From assembly GCA_023379025.1 (NCBI GenBank), contig JAMCTH010000009.1:133092-197091 (forward strand): a stretch of DNA of 64,000 nucleotides, written 5' to 3'. This DNA comes from Patescibacteria group bacterium (GTDB taxonomy: Bacteria; Patescibacteriota; Microgenomatia; UBA10105; UBA927). Under the pieces are notes generated by a model that ran no database searches, was not told where the DNA came from, and worked only from the letters and a program-made list of their open reading frames with translations. Made by a program: the position numbers and the translations under genes. This document shows positions 49,009 to 59,635 of the stretch, piece by piece; the first letter of the stretch is position 1; every line of letters begins with the position of its first letter.

Positions 49009-50235
49009 TCAGGTAATGAGGATCCGTTTTAGTCTCTGAACATTGGCGGGCAGGCTGAAATATTTACGAAGATATTTTTGGCTTTTTCCCCCCATAGCCA
49101 AGCGCTGAGCACTTGGCATTGTATAAAGGGTTTCCAAAGCATAAATAATCGCATCGGATTGTTTTTCTTCTATCAAGATACCATTGTCACTGTGGACTGC
49201 TTCAGGAATAGAGGCGATCGAAGTTGAAACGACCGGCAGCCCCGCGGCCATCGCTTCAAGTATGGAAACAGGAAGTCCATCCTGGTTGTGATTTTCATCG
49301 GTGATACAGGGGAGGATGAATGTATCGCTTCCGCGCAGTTTACGATCAAACAGTGTTCCGTGGGGTAGGGCTCCATTGAGATGAATGGATGCGGATAGGC
49401 GGTGTCGCCTTATCTGCCGGACAATATTTTTTCTTTCGGGCCCGTCACCGATAATTTCCAACGATGTGTCCGGGTGAGCGGAATGGAACTGGCGAAACGC
49501 TTCGATGAGGTACGTAATTCCCTTGTGTTTGACCAGTCGTGCGACGGTTATTATTTTGAATCCTCCATGTCTCGCGCCCCTTTTTGGGGGCGGACGATGG
49601 ATGTGCGTTCGTGCGTTACTGTTTGAAAGCCCGGAACGAACGACATGCATTTTGTGTTGATGGTTGTTTTTACATATACCGGCGAGATCTTTCCGGACTG
49701 CCTCTCCAATGGCAATAACCGAAGCGGCGCGGGCAACCCTCTCTTTGATCCAATATTTTTTTTCATTTTCCAGATGACTGTGAACGGTGAAGCTGTATGG
49801 GACTCCCGTAAGTAGGCTGGTAATCATGGCAACGAGTGAGGGTTCGGGAAAGTGTGCGTGTAGCCTGTTAATATGGTGCGCCCGGACCTGTCCCGCGAGC
49901 CAAAGCGACAGGAAATAATGATTATAGTACAGGTGGCGGGCCCGCAAAATGGTTAAAAGATTCCATAGTGGCGCTTTTATGAGCAGTTGCACGCGGTCGC
50001 GGTTGGATTTGATGATATAGCTTGGGGCAAATATCACTTCTGGCAGAAGGGCGAGTGCCTGTTTTTGACTCGCCGCCTCTACTTTTTTCTGAAGGGCAAA
50101 GATTTGTATCGAGACACCCTGTCGTCTCAATTCGAGAATTTCGTTTGTGATGAAAGTTTCCGATATGCTGGGAAATTCTCCGAGGATATATGCGACACGG
50201 ATATTTTTGGGAGATGAGGCTTTGCGGAATAGCAT
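49009..50235 (-). CDS. GT4 glycosyltransferase (WcaL-like)
   Basis: FPSISETFITNE, HAHF, VARLVKHKG, DGLPVSILEAMA. Confidence 0.92.
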   Translation of the reverse strand: MLFRKASSPKNIRVAYILGEFPSISETFITNEILELRRQGVSIQIFALQKKVEAASQKQALALLPEVIFAPSYIIKSNRDRVQLLIKAPLWNLLTILRARHLYYNHYFLSLWLAGQVRAHHINRLHAHFPEPSLVAMITSLLTGVPYSFTVHSHLENEKKYWIKERVARAASVIAIGEAVRKDLAGICKNNHQHKMHVVRSGLSNSNARTHIHRPPPKRGARHGGFKIITVARLVKHKGITYLIEAFRQFHSAHPDTSLEIIGDGPERKNIVRQIRRHRLSASIHLNGALPHGTLFDRKLRGSDTFILPCITDENHNQDGLPVSILEAMAAGLPVVSTSIASIPEAVHSDNGILIEEKQSDAIIYALETLYTMPSAQRLAMGGKSQKYLRKYFSLPANVQRLKRILIT

Positions 50236-50312
50236 GGTAGTGTCTTTTCGTGTATCGGGGCAATTTCTGGTATTATAGTATATTGATTTTGGCTTTTCGA
50301 TGAGGGGCTAGC

Positions 50313-51059
50313 ATGCATACATTCCGCTTATTGGATTTAAACATTTTTTCGGGTTCATTAGAACAGGCGCTCCGTATTATAGACAACCGGGTGCGGAAGA
50401 AACGGCAAACAACGATATTTACCCCAAACTTGCACCACCTTGCTCTTATGTCCAGGGACGCTGAATATAAAAATATCTATCGCACAGCGGATACTTTATT
50501 TATAGACGGAATGTCGGTTGCCTGGTTATTGCACTATAAATACCGCATCCATCCCGAGCGAATAAACGGAACGAATCTCGTGGCATCCCTTCTTCCTCTG
50601 TGTGTCCGTAAAGAATTTAAGATATTCTTTTTGGGTTCAAGCGTAAACGTGCAGCAGAAGTTGAAACTGATGCTTACACGCACATATCCGGCGTTACATT
50701 TTGACTTGTATGCCCCACCAGTGCGGCACGATTTTACAGAGAAGGATAAACGCATCATTTTTCAGCGGATACGCTTTTTCCGGCCGGATATACTCCTTGT
50801 AGGTTTTGGCGCACCAAAGCAGGAACGTTTCCTTTATCAGGCGAAGAGAATTCTCAAAGTGCCTGTCAGAATCGCCGTCGGCGGCGCCTTCGATTATCTG
50901 GCCGGGGTGCGGCCGCGTGCACCGAGCTGGATGCAGCAACATGGTCTCGAGTGGTTCTACCGCATCGTGCATGAACCGAGACGCTTGATTCCCAGATATC
51001 TGAAATACGACGCTGGATTCATTTTTTCCCTCGCGCTGGGAGATCTGAGACTACTGTAA
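50313..51059 (+). CDS. WecB/TagA/CpsF glycosyltransferase
   Basis: TPNLHH, DGM, ERINGT, GFGAPKQE, RAPSWMQQHGLEWFYR. Confidence 0.93.
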   Translation: MHTFRLLDLNIFSGSLEQALRIIDNRVRKKRQTTIFTPNLHHLALMSRDAEYKNIYRTADTLFIDGMSVAWLLHYKYRIHPERINGTNLVASLLPLCVRKEFKIFFLGSSVNVQQKLKLMLTRTYPALHFDLYAPPVRHDFTEKDKRIIFQRIRFFRPDILLVGFGAPKQERFLYQAKRILKVPVRIAVGGAFDYLAGVRPRAPSWMQQHGLEWFYRIVHEPRRLIPRYLKYDAGFIFSLALGDLRLL

Positions 51060-51075
51060 TTTACCGTCACGGCAT

Positions 51076-51744
51076 ATGTTTTACAGACATACGAAGGAGA
51101 TATTTTCAAGAAGGGCAGCAAAAGACCTGATTGATTATTATGGGGGTAACGGCGGCCATAATCTTAATACATCCCGGGGAGAGCTTGGATATGCGCTGTT
51201 CCATTACGCGATGATTAGTAATATTCGGCCGGAGAGGGTGCTTTGTGTCGGATCGATGAAAGGATTTATTCCGGCAATCTGTGCTATGGCGTGTAAGGAT
51301 GCCGGCAGCGGCAACGTCGATTTTGTGGATGCTGGGTATGATGAAGCCAACGCAAATAATTGGGGTGGGATAGGCTACTGGAAATCGGTTGATCCCGACA
51401 AACACTTTTCGTATGCCGGTCTTTCGGCGTGGGTAACCACTCACGTTATGACTACGGAACAATTTGCGAACACAACGCGCCAGCGATGGCAATATATCTA
51501 TATTGACGGCGACCATTCGTACTTGGGTGTGAAAAAGGACTATCAACTGTTTTGGCCGCGATTGGATAAAGGGTGTTTTATGAGTTTTCATGACGTGTTA
51601 TTGCGCAGACACACGGATGTTCGCTACCGTGGATTCGGAGTTTGGAAGTTTTGGAACGAAATTCCAGAAAAAGGGAAAATCACCATCCCGTTTACTTATT
51701 CCAAAACACTTCCTTCAGGACTCGGCATTCTTCAGAAAGCATAG
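51076..51744 (+). CDS. class I SAM methyltransferase (Methyltransf_24-like)
   Basis: LCVGSMKG, IYIDGDHSY.GVKKD, SFHD. Confidence 0.85.
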   Translation: MFYRHTKEIFSRRAAKDLIDYYGGNGGHNLNTSRGELGYALFHYAMISNIRPERVLCVGSMKGFIPAICAMACKDAGSGNVDFVDAGYDEANANNWGGIGYWKSVDPDKHFSYAGLSAWVTTHVMTTEQFANTTRQRWQYIYIDGDHSYLGVKKDYQLFWPRLDKGCFMSFHDVLLRRHTDVRYRGFGVWKFWNEIPEKGKITIPFTYSKTLPSGLGILQKA

Positions 51745-51779
51745 GGAGAATTACCTACATCTGTTCAGAATTCGACAAT

Positions 51780-53048
51780 ATGACATTTCTATTACGCGAC
51801 ACACACAGCGCTTATTGTAAGAATACTCATTTCCCTGCAGAACCAAGCCGGCTGGCAACGGTGCTTCGGTTATTAAAATTCAAACTGACGTCTTTGGGAG
51901 CGGGGAAAAACTCGTTATTCGGCCCATTCAGTATGCCAGTAAATTCGATAGGGCTATTTGGGTGGAGCCTGTTTTCATCGCTTAATCCGCATGGGTACGG
52001 GGAGCTTCTCAAAAAATTTCCATCCGTCAGCAACGACTTCCAATCTTTTGAAGCAGACATAATAGCACACATGATTGACTTGTACGGAGGTAATCAGAAG
52101 GATTTTACGGGCATGATTTCTACCGGCGCAAGCGAAGGAAATATATATTCTGTTTGGCTGGCAAAAACCCGGTTTCTGAAACAGAAGATACATAGAATGG
52201 CGCTTCTTATTACTTCCCTGTCTCATGAATCAACGCGTAAGGCTGCACAGATGATGGAAATACCGGTATATGTCGTCGGGTTGGATAAAAATCTGGGCAT
52301 GTCTCTTTCGTCAATGGAACAGACAATACGCACATGTTATCAATCTGGATATCGTGGTTTTATACTTTGTACCACTGTCGGATATAAAAAAACTGGCACC
52401 GCAGATAAGTACGAGGACATGCTTGCTATTTTGGAGAAACTGAAGTACGGACAATGTCCCACCATGCAGCATTTTGTTTGGATTGACGCGGCTCTCGACG
52501 GTTTTATTGCTCCATTTGTCGGGAGAAAATTTTTACCCCTCCGGCATGTGGGCGTGGATACTCTTGTGGTTGATTTTCATAAGCTTGGTCTTACTCCGTA
52601 CGCCGCAGGCCTTATTGTTCTCAGAAGGACCGTAACGGAACATATAAAAAACTGGGAGACGGCAAGTCTTCTTGATTCGAGATCAACGCTTCCTTCGGTC
52701 TCCGGTTGGGCAGCTATCCACAGTCTCGGAAAAAAAGGGTTTCAGACAATGTACGAAAAAAGTAACAGATTGCGTTCGGAGTTTCTGTCGTCGCTGTCTG
52801 GGCGATTATCAATGCTTCCCACATACATATCTCAGTATGACGTCTCCCTTTTTCTGGAGTGTAACAGGCATCAATGGCAGCAATTCAAGCAGCTTGAAGA
52901 GAGATTCTTTCTCCGGTGTCACCATGAGGATATCTCTACCGAACGCGGGCGCAAAAAATTATATGGGGTAAAAATATATTTTTTCCCCTGGCAATCTTCG
53001 GATGAAACGAAACGTTTACTGGACGCATGTAGCGATTTGGATATATGA
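51780..53048 (+). CDS. group II PLP-dependent amino acid decarboxylase
   Basis: STGASEGN, SHES..KAA, TVG...TG..D, WIDAA, VDFHK (PLP Lys). Confidence 0.82.
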   Translation: MTFLLRDTHSAYCKNTHFPAEPSRLATVLRLLKFKLTSLGAGKNSLFGPFSMPVNSIGLFGWSLFSSLNPHGYGELLKKFPSVSNDFQSFEADIIAHMIDLYGGNQKDFTGMISTGASEGNIYSVWLAKTRFLKQKIHRMALLITSLSHESTRKAAQMMEIPVYVVGLDKNLGMSLSSMEQTIRTCYQSGYRGFILCTTVGYKKTGTADKYEDMLAILEKLKYGQCPTMQHFVWIDAALDGFIAPFVGRKFLPLRHVGVDTLVVDFHKLGLTPYAAGLIVLRRTVTEHIKNWETASLLDSRSTLPSVSGWAAIHSLGKKGFQTMYEKSNRLRSEFLSSLSGRLSMLPTYISQYDVSLFLECNRHQWQQFKQLEERFFLRCHHEDISTERGRKKLYGVKIYFFPWQSSDETKRLLDACSDLDI

Positions 53049-54361
53049 GAAAAAAACGGATATTATTTGTAGGTTGGGGAACGTGGGTATCTGACTACCC
53101 TTTTGTGGTAGCCACACGTAAGGGATTAGAAATTTATGTAGCAACCGGCCCTGAATATCCTTCGTGGATGAAACGGTACGTTAAAAAAGAAAATATTATA
53201 GTTACCAACCCGTATGACACGGACAGAATTCTCATTGACGTTATTAGTTTTTGCCATAAAAAAAACATTCATCTTGATGCGGTAGCCTCCCATTTTGAGT
53301 TAAACGTGACTCACGCTTCGCTTCTCGCATCAGCATTGTCATTGCCTGGTATTCCACCTGCAGCGGCGAGGCGAAGTTCAGCAAATAAGTTTCTCATGCG
53401 CTATACGTGTCAGAGCTGTGGGATACAGATGCCGCGGTTTGCCATGTTTCAGACGGATGACCAAGCGTTTGCCACACTTCGAAACGTTGGCGTTCCCGCT
53501 GTTATTAAACCGGTTATGTTCGGTCATAGTTATGGTGTCGTAAAAATAGAAGAACAAGATTCACGCCGCACGATACTTGCAAAACTCCGGCGGGCAAGAA
53601 AACAATTGGACCCACGGTATCATCCGTTGATGCGCGATTATCACAGGTTTAACGGATATTTTTTAGCGGAAGAATATATTGATGGTCCAACGGTGAGCGT
53701 AGATGGCCTTATACAGAACGGTCGAATTATGATATGTGGTCTTGCCGAATTTGTGACGTCCGACAGAACATTTACTCAGGAGTCAGCGTACTTTCCTGGA
53801 CGGGTATCGAGAGGTGCCCGTGACCGCTGCTTTGAGTATACCAAACGCATCATTCGCGTTCTGGGGTTTGATCATTGCGGATTCCATTGTGAAATGAAAC
53901 TCACCAAAAGAGGGCCCGTACTTCTGGAAGTAGCTGCCCGTCTGCCCGGAGGGAAGATGACAGTCGGGTATCAGACGGCCTACGGCGTTGACATGATGGA
54001 TTTGTATATAGACATCTGTTTGGGGAAATACGTTGATTATTCGTTCCGTGAACATCGGAAAGTCGCATATCACAACTCGATTTTTACCTCGAATTGGGGA
54101 ATTGTGACTGGAATGAAGGGATTGGATACATTGGCCAGAAACAAATATTTTACCCTGTTTTGGAAGGCAAATCCCGGTGACCTGATGCTGCCGGAAGACG
54201 GAATTCCCGAGTCCGTCCTCTACTACCAGCTACACGCGCCGACCTACGACACGCTTAAGGAACACCAGCAAGCGTTCAATGCAACATATCAATTCGCTAT
54301 ACAAAAGACGCCGGGGGCTTTGATAAAACGGTTGCATTATCTGTTTCGGCATCGGGTTTGA
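53045..54361 (+). CDS. ATP-grasp ligase (L-amino acid ligase-like)
   Basis: NKFLMR, PAVIKP, EEYIDG, FHCEMK, LEVAARLPG. Confidence 0.9.
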   Translation: MRKKRILFVGWGTWVSDYPFVVATRKGLEIYVATGPEYPSWMKRYVKKENIIVTNPYDTDRILIDVISFCHKKNIHLDAVASHFELNVTHASLLASALSLPGIPPAAARRSSANKFLMRYTCQSCGIQMPRFAMFQTDDQAFATLRNVGVPAVIKPVMFGHSYGVVKIEEQDSRRTILAKLRRARKQLDPRYHPLMRDYHRFNGYFLAEEYIDGPTVSVDGLIQNGRIMICGLAEFVTSDRTFTQESAYFPGRVSRGARDRCFEYTKRIIRVLGFDHCGFHCEMKLTKRGPVLLEVAARLPGGKMTVGYQTAYGVDMMDLYIDICLGKYVDYSFREHRKVAYHNSIFTSNWGIVTGMKGLDTLARNKYFTLFWKANPGDLMLPEDGIPESVLYYQLHAPTYDTLKEHQQAFNATYQFAIQKTPGALIKRLHYLFRHRV

Positions 54362-54362
54362 T

Positions 54363-55193
54363 ATGAGGAATCCCTTCCGCGCTATTACCGAGAAATTTCC
54401 AGCCCGGCAGAACAGGAAAACAACATTGTTTAAAGGAAAATCCGCATACCGCGTCCTGGTGATTGAAGAAGACGCCGGTGCCAAGACTCGGATCATGTAT
54501 GCGGGAAATCGCCGTTTTGTCGCCGGTATTCGCACAGATTCCGGGTTCCCGTTATATTCACCGTATTTTTTGGCGGATATTTTTGTTCCTCACCCGGCAT
54601 CGCTTCTGTTTCTCGGGGGGGGGCCAAATGCCGTACCAACATATATCTGGAACACCCGACATCCGAAAAGGACAACCGTCATTGATCGTGATGCGTTGAC
54701 CATTTCGTTATCAAGAAAATATTTTAGTGCGCCAAAAAATCCTCACTACCGAATGTTGTCCCGGGACGCAGCGGACTACCTCCGAAGCTACAGAGAGACG
54801 TTCGATATTATCTACCTGGATCTCGGGTTGACCAGAAAACGTGTGGATTCGGGAGATCTGACTTGGTTTGCCACCCGCACCGCGTTGTTGCAAGTCCGCA
54901 AACATTTAGAGGCGGAAGGTGTTTTACTTTCGAATATAATCGCACGCATGAACGGTGAAGAAGGGCGATTTTTGCGTACCTATCTTCGGCTCCACCAGAG
55001 TGTTTTTCCTGGCTGTTATTTGTTTTCAGAACACAAAGACAAGCCGCAGAAGCTCCAGCTTCATACCATTGTCGCGCTGAACCGCAATAGAAATATTCAA
55101 TCGTGGTATAACAGATTGCTTCAAGATCCGGGTCGGCCGTTGCCCGTCAGCGTATATCATGATTTATTTCGGCGTCTTCATGGTGTTGGATAA
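54363..55193 (+). CDS. spermidine synthase-like SAM-fold protein
   Basis: LFLGGG, VIDRD, SRKYF, DAADY, FDIIYLD, L...GVLLSN. Confidence 0.75.
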   Translation: MRNPFRAITEKFPARQNRKTTLFKGKSAYRVLVIEEDAGAKTRIMYAGNRRFVAGIRTDSGFPLYSPYFLADIFVPHPASLLFLGGGPNAVPTYIWNTRHPKRTTVIDRDALTISLSRKYFSAPKNPHYRMLSRDAADYLRSYRETFDIIYLDLGLTRKRVDSGDLTWFATRTALLQVRKHLEAEGVLLSNIIARMNGEEGRFLRTYLRLHQSVFPGCYLFSEHKDKPQKLQLHTIVALNRNRNIQSWYNRLLQDPGRPLPVSVYHDLFRRLHGVG

Positions 55194-55198
55194 GCAGA

Positions 55199-56050
55199 TT
55201 ATTCTACATCGATAACCGTCGCATACTGGAGATTGACGTTTGGCAATGCGATAAAAAGATCGTTCCCGATGATGATCCTCTGATCATCGCGAAATATCAA
55301 TCCGCCGTCTTTTTCTTTAATAAGCTGCATTTTCATTTTTAGGGTGATATCCATTTTCAGCGGGTCCTGATTCGCGATGGAAAGCGTACCGCCGCTTTGT
55401 GAATCAATTTTGACCGTTGTTTTTTCTGCGGGTCGTACGTCTTTTGCCACGACTTCCGCTATGGGAACGCCGTTCACTTTGAATGCATCGCCCACGTGTA
55501 TGGCGTCCGCAAACCAAGGGTATCTGTCATACAATTTGAGCGTGACGATTTTTGTTACTTTTTCTCTCATGTCCGGCAAACCTTCTACATCAATAAGAAG
55601 CCCCTGAACTGTGGTATGAGAAAGATTCAGGGTAAGTGTGCCGCCGACGGCTAAAGGTTTGCCGTTATAAAGATATTGATGACTTTTTGAATCATACGAG
55701 GAGAGAAATCTGATTTTCAGATACGTGATAACACGGTCATAGCCTGTGTCATAAGATTTGGTTTCAAGTACTTCTGCGGTCGTTGCTCCACTCCAGTCGA
55801 CCTCACGATCCCCTTTCTGAATCGATTGTGCAAGCCATCTGGGAGGAGGATAGTTGTCATACCACCACTGTTCGGGTGAAACTTTTATCTCCGCGGTAAC
55901 CCACGTTTTTTGCCGAAACAGCTGCTTAGCAATGACAACAAGGAAGAGCAATATTGTGATAATTACAAGTGCATCAAAGATATGGATCTTGCCGAATAAC
56001 TTTCCTTTTCGATCGATAACCGATCTGAAGAACGGAGGTAATGACGTCAT
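55199..56050 (-). CDS. DUF4330-like membrane-anchored protein, two tandem domains
   Basis: IDRKGKLFGKIHIFD plus TM; two similar beta-rich halves (IQKGD / IHVGD). Confidence 0.7.
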   Translation of the reverse strand: MTSLPPFFRSVIDRKGKLFGKIHIFDALVIITILLFLVVIAKQLFRQKTWVTAEIKVSPEQWWYDNYPPPRWLAQSIQKGDREVDWSGATTAEVLETKSYDTGYDRVITYLKIRFLSSYDSKSHQYLYNGKPLAVGGTLTLNLSHTTVQGLLIDVEGLPDMREKVTKIVTLKLYDRYPWFADAIHVGDAFKVNGVPIAEVVAKDVRPAEKTTVKIDSQSGGTLSIANQDPLKMDITLKMKMQLIKEKDGGLIFRDDQRIIIGNDLFIALPNVNLQYATVIDVE

Positions 56051-56051
56051 A

Positions 56052-56771
56052 TTACAATTCTCCTTTTAGGTATTTTACCACTAAGTCCCTTGGACCGTCT
56101 CGGACTATTTTGCCGTCAACCAAAACCACTATCCTCGAACAGGTTTTTTGAATGAATTCAAGCCAGTGCGTTACCATCACAATAGTTTTGCCGCGTTTGA
56201 AGTATTCATTTATTTTCTCTTTATATTGCAGTTGAAAATTTTTGTCTCCCAAACCGAGGCCTTCATCCAACAATAGAATATCCGGTTCGGCATGGATGGC
56301 GACGGAAAACCCTAACCGCAGCTTCATGCCCTCGGAATAGGTGTACAACGGGGTATCAATAAATTGTTTTATGCCGGCGAACGCGATAATTGCGTCTATT
56401 TTTTTTAGGATCTCTCTCCTGGACATTCCCAGCAGCATGCCGTTGAGCATGATATTTTCTTCTCCGCTCAGATCAGGATGGAATCCCGCCTCAAGATCGA
56501 TAAGAGAAACAGGATTTCCATAACGCAGCACCGTTCCGCTTGTTGGTGTTGTAATGCCGGCGATTATCTTCAGCAGTGTTGTTTTTCCGGAACCATTCGG
56601 ACCGATAATGCCAAGGCGGTCCCCTCTGTGTATGAGCAGATTGACGTCCTGCAACGCAAAAAAAGATTCATTTCGGGCAGACATAAATTGTTCTGCCAAA
56701 GTCGGCTTTTCGTGATGGATGATATATTGTTTCGTTACGTGTGCAACTCGGATAACTGTTTTAGTGTCCAT
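56052..56771 (-). CDS. wzt: polysaccharide ABC exporter ATPase
   Basis: GPNGSGKT, GFHPDLSGEEN, YSEGMKLRLGF, LLLDE. Confidence 0.92.
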   Translation of the reverse strand: MDTKTVIRVAHVTKQYIIHHEKPTLAEQFMSARNESFFALQDVNLLIHRGDRLGIIGPNGSGKTTLLKIIAGITTPTSGTVLRYGNPVSLIDLEAGFHPDLSGEENIMLNGMLLGMSRREILKKIDAIIAFAGIKQFIDTPLYTYSEGMKLRLGFSVAIHAEPDILLLDEGLGLGDKNFQLQYKEKINEYFKRGKTIVMVTHWLEFIQKTCSRIVVLVDGKIVRDGPRDLVVKYLKGEL

Positions 56772-56780
56772 AGGATGCCG

Positions 56781-57548
56781 TTACAGCCAGTCATCGAAAT
56801 TTTTACTTTCTTTCCGAAAGATCATAGCCCCTGCCACCGTCACTACCGCTATGACCAGGAAGTTTGCAGACAGCATAAATAAACCGGGAGCCGGTTCACC
56901 CAGGAACGTAAGCTGGAAGAGCTGAAGCGTTGACGTCAGCGGATTGAAACGCCAGATCCAAAGTAGTGAACGCGGAATCATCGACAGGGAATAGATGATC
57001 GGAGTCGCGTAGAACCACACGTTCAAGAACGCCTGTACGAAAAAATTGACATCCCGGTACCGGACGTTCAATGCGGCAGTAAGAAGGCTCAGCCCTGTTG
57101 AAAAGACTATGAGTTGGTATAAGCCGAGTACTAAGGCTGGGAGTCTGTGCAGGTCGAACGTTCCGATAAACAGGACTGCAACGGTGTAGAGCAGCATGGA
57201 CAAAAAGAAATGGATGAAGTTCGATAAGATAATGGACAGCGGAATGACGGTCCGAGGGAAACGTGACTTTTTTATAAGAACTCGCTCGTTCACGATACTC
57301 GGGGTGGTTTTATTCAGTGACAAAGAGAAAAAATTCCAGACCAGAAGCCCGATAAACAGATGAAAATAGTAATGAGCAACAGGCTCTTTTATAAAAAACG
57401 TGAATACGGTTCCAATAATGAGCATTTGGAGCAGGGGGTTAATGATCATCCATAAAAAACCGAACATCGTATACTTGTAGCGGGCCCGGATTTCTTTTTG
57501 GGTCATGACGAGGAGAAGTTCGAGATAATGATGCGGGTGATTAAGCAT
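56781..57548 (-). CDS. wzm: polysaccharide ABC exporter permease
   Basis: RARYK..MFGFLWMIINPL, YRDV, FYATPIIY, NPL. Confidence 0.92.
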   Translation of the reverse strand: MLNHPHHYLELLLVMTQKEIRARYKYTMFGFLWMIINPLLQMLIIGTVFTFFIKEPVAHYYFHLFIGLLVWNFFSLSLNKTTPSIVNERVLIKKSRFPRTVIPLSIILSNFIHFFLSMLLYTVAVLFIGTFDLHRLPALVLGLYQLIVFSTGLSLLTAALNVRYRDVNFFVQAFLNVWFYATPIIYSLSMIPRSLLWIWRFNPLTSTLQLFQLTFLGEPAPGLFMLSANFLVIAVVTVAGAMIFRKESKNFDDWL

Positions 57549-57587
57549 GGAGCATATTATAGTATAATATGCCTCGTCAGAGAACAT

Positions 57588-57785
57588 ATGCGACCAATAC
57601 ATTCCGTTCAGAAATTAGTCACCCTTGTCATCCGCGCACTATTTCTTAACGGAAGTTATTTCGTAGGTATTGGTGTCACGTCGTCTGTTGCATGGTTTTT
57701 CGGCCATCGTTTTTTGCGCATCAACCCTCAAAATTCAACATGGGAAAAACATACGACGCACGGCGACGAAACAACAATGTACTAA
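57588..57785 (+). CDS. small SxtJ-like membrane protein
   Basis: 65 aa; YFVGIGVTS..AWFFG..FL...STW...MY resembles the SxtJ C-terminal half; stops 3 bp before the carbamoyltransferase. Confidence 0.6.
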   Translation: MRPIHSVQKLVTLVIRALFLNGSYFVGIGVTSSVAWFFGHRFLRINPQNSTWEKHTTHGDETTMY

Positions 57786-57788
57786 CGT

Positions 57789-59498
57789 ATGCGGATTCTC
57801 GGCATTTCCTGCTATTACCACGATGCGACTGCAGCGCTTATTGAAGATGGCCGTATTGTTGCCGCGGCAGCAGAGGAGCGGTTTACCCGTATAAAACACG
57901 ATAATGATTTTCCCAGGAACGCGATCCGATTTTGTCTCGACTGGACAACTCTCTCTACGTCATCTATTGATGCCGTTGTCTTTTATGAAAAACCAGTCCT
58001 GAAATTTGAGCGCATCCTCCATCAGCACCTCGCGCATTTTCCTAAAAGCCGGAAAATATTCGTCGATACAATCGGATCATGGTTTGATCTGAAGCTCCAG
58101 ATCGCAAAGAGCTTACAGAAGGAATTCGGGTATGCCGGGCGTATTGTCTATGTGGAACAACATATATCCCATGCGGCCAGTTCCTACTACCTATCTTCAT
58201 TCCGTGATGCTGTGATCGTCACGTTTGATGGGGTTGGTGAATGGGCGACCACGACGGTTGGTGTAGGACACGAGGCAACGGTACGGGTAGATAAAGAAAT
58301 TCGATTCCCCCACTCGCTTGGACTTTTGTATAGCGCGCTCACCGCGTATCTCGGGTTTTCCGTGAACGATGCGGAGTATAAGGTGATGGGACTTGCGGCA
58401 TATGGAGACCCAAAACCGTTTAGACAGCAATTTAACGAACTTGTCCGGAGCTTTCCTGATGGCAGTTTTGCATTAAATATGGACCATTTTGATTTTAGTT
58501 GGGCCGACCATATGTTCAATAGTCGTCTTTCAAAACTTTTTGGCTTCCCACCAAGACAGCCCGAAGCGCCGATGGAGCGTCACTTTGAGAATATCGCGGC
58601 TTCCCTTCAGGAGAAGCTGGAAGAAGTAGTATTTGCCATATTAACAAACGCTCATGAACGCTACCGTATTGATAATTTATGTCTTGCAGGTGGGGTCGCG
58701 CTTAATTCCGTCATGAACGGAAAAATACTCAAACGGACGCCCTTCCGGCATGTCTACATAACGCCTGATCCGGGTGACGGGGGCGGTGCGATCGGAGGAG
58801 CGCTCTATGTCTGGAATCTTCACAAAAGAAAGAAGCAGAGCGTGCCGTTTTTTCCATTGCTGGGACCGAGTTTCCCCAAAGAACAGATAGAAGATGTTCT
58901 TCGGGGTACGGGGCTCCCGTATACCAGAATCGAGGATCGGTCGGTGTTCCTGGGGACTGTCGCCGATCATCTTATGCACCAAAAAATTATCGGTTGGTTC
59001 CAGGGGAGGATGGAATGGGGGCCGCGAGCATTGGGAAGCCGCAGCATCCTTGCTTCTGCCGCCAAACCGGAAATGAAAGATATTATCAATGCAAAAGTCA
59101 AACATCGGGAATTATTCCGGCCGTTTGCCCCTGTTGTTTTAGACAGAAATGTTAAGGAGTATTTTCATGCGGATAAACCATTATCTCCGTCAGCAAAATA
59201 CATGCTGATGGTGTATCCGTTTACCGAGAAGGGGAAAAAAGAAGCACCTGCCACAGTCCATGTAGATGGAAGCGGTAGGCTCCAGGTAATTGAACGGGAA
59301 GATAACCCGCTTTATTACGATCTTATTGAGCTCTACGGCAAAAAAACCGGAACGCCGATTATTATCAATACATCATTTAATGTCCGCGGTGAGCCTATTG
59401 TATGTTCTCCGCGTGATGCAGTACACTGTTTTTTGCATACGGATATCGACTATCTGGTTATAGACCGCTATATCGTGAGCAAAACGCCGTTTCGATGA
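57789..59498 (+). CDS. O-carbamoyltransferase (NodU/CmcH/SxtI family)
   Basis: ILGISCYYHD, EERFTRIKH, HSLGLLY, EYKVMGLA, GPRALG.RS, RE.FRPFAP, NTSFN. Confidence 0.95.
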   Translation: MRILGISCYYHDATAALIEDGRIVAAAAEERFTRIKHDNDFPRNAIRFCLDWTTLSTSSIDAVVFYEKPVLKFERILHQHLAHFPKSRKIFVDTIGSWFDLKLQIAKSLQKEFGYAGRIVYVEQHISHAASSYYLSSFRDAVIVTFDGVGEWATTTVGVGHEATVRVDKEIRFPHSLGLLYSALTAYLGFSVNDAEYKVMGLAAYGDPKPFRQQFNELVRSFPDGSFALNMDHFDFSWADHMFNSRLSKLFGFPPRQPEAPMERHFENIAASLQEKLEEVVFAILTNAHERYRIDNLCLAGGVALNSVMNGKILKRTPFRHVYITPDPGDGGGAIGGALYVWNLHKRKKQSVPFFPLLGPSFPKEQIEDVLRGTGLPYTRIEDRSVFLGTVADHLMHQKIIGWFQGRMEWGPRALGSRSILASAAKPEMKDIINAKVKHRELFRPFAPVVLDRNVKEYFHADKPLSPSAKYMLMVYPFTEKGKKEAPATVHVDGSGRLQVIEREDNPLYYDLIELYGKKTGTPIIINTSFNVRGEPIVCSPRDAVHCFLHTDIDYLVIDRYIVSKTPFR

Positions 59499-59635
59499 AA
59501 GACCTGCTTGCCTTCCTTTGGAAAGAAAAAAAATGGTGGCTTGTTCCGCCGCTGGTTGTGTTTGTCATTTTTGGGGTTCTTCTTGTGCTTTCAACCGCAT
59601 CTCCCGTCAGCCCGTTCATCTATATGTTGTTTTGA
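59495..59635 (+). CDS. 46-aa SxtK/DUF5989-like membrane peptide (absent from the ORF track)
   Basis: MKDLLAFLWKEKKWWLVPPLVVFVIFGVLLVLSTASPVSPFIYMLF; ATGA overlap with the carbamoyltransferase stop. Confidence 0.85.
   Translation: MKDLLAFLWKEKKWWLVPPLVVFVIFGVLLVLSTASPVSPFIYMLF

Noticed and set aside
57588-59635. Saxitoxin biosynthesis
   Set aside because: No sxtA, sxtG or other core genes; the context is polysaccharide synthesis
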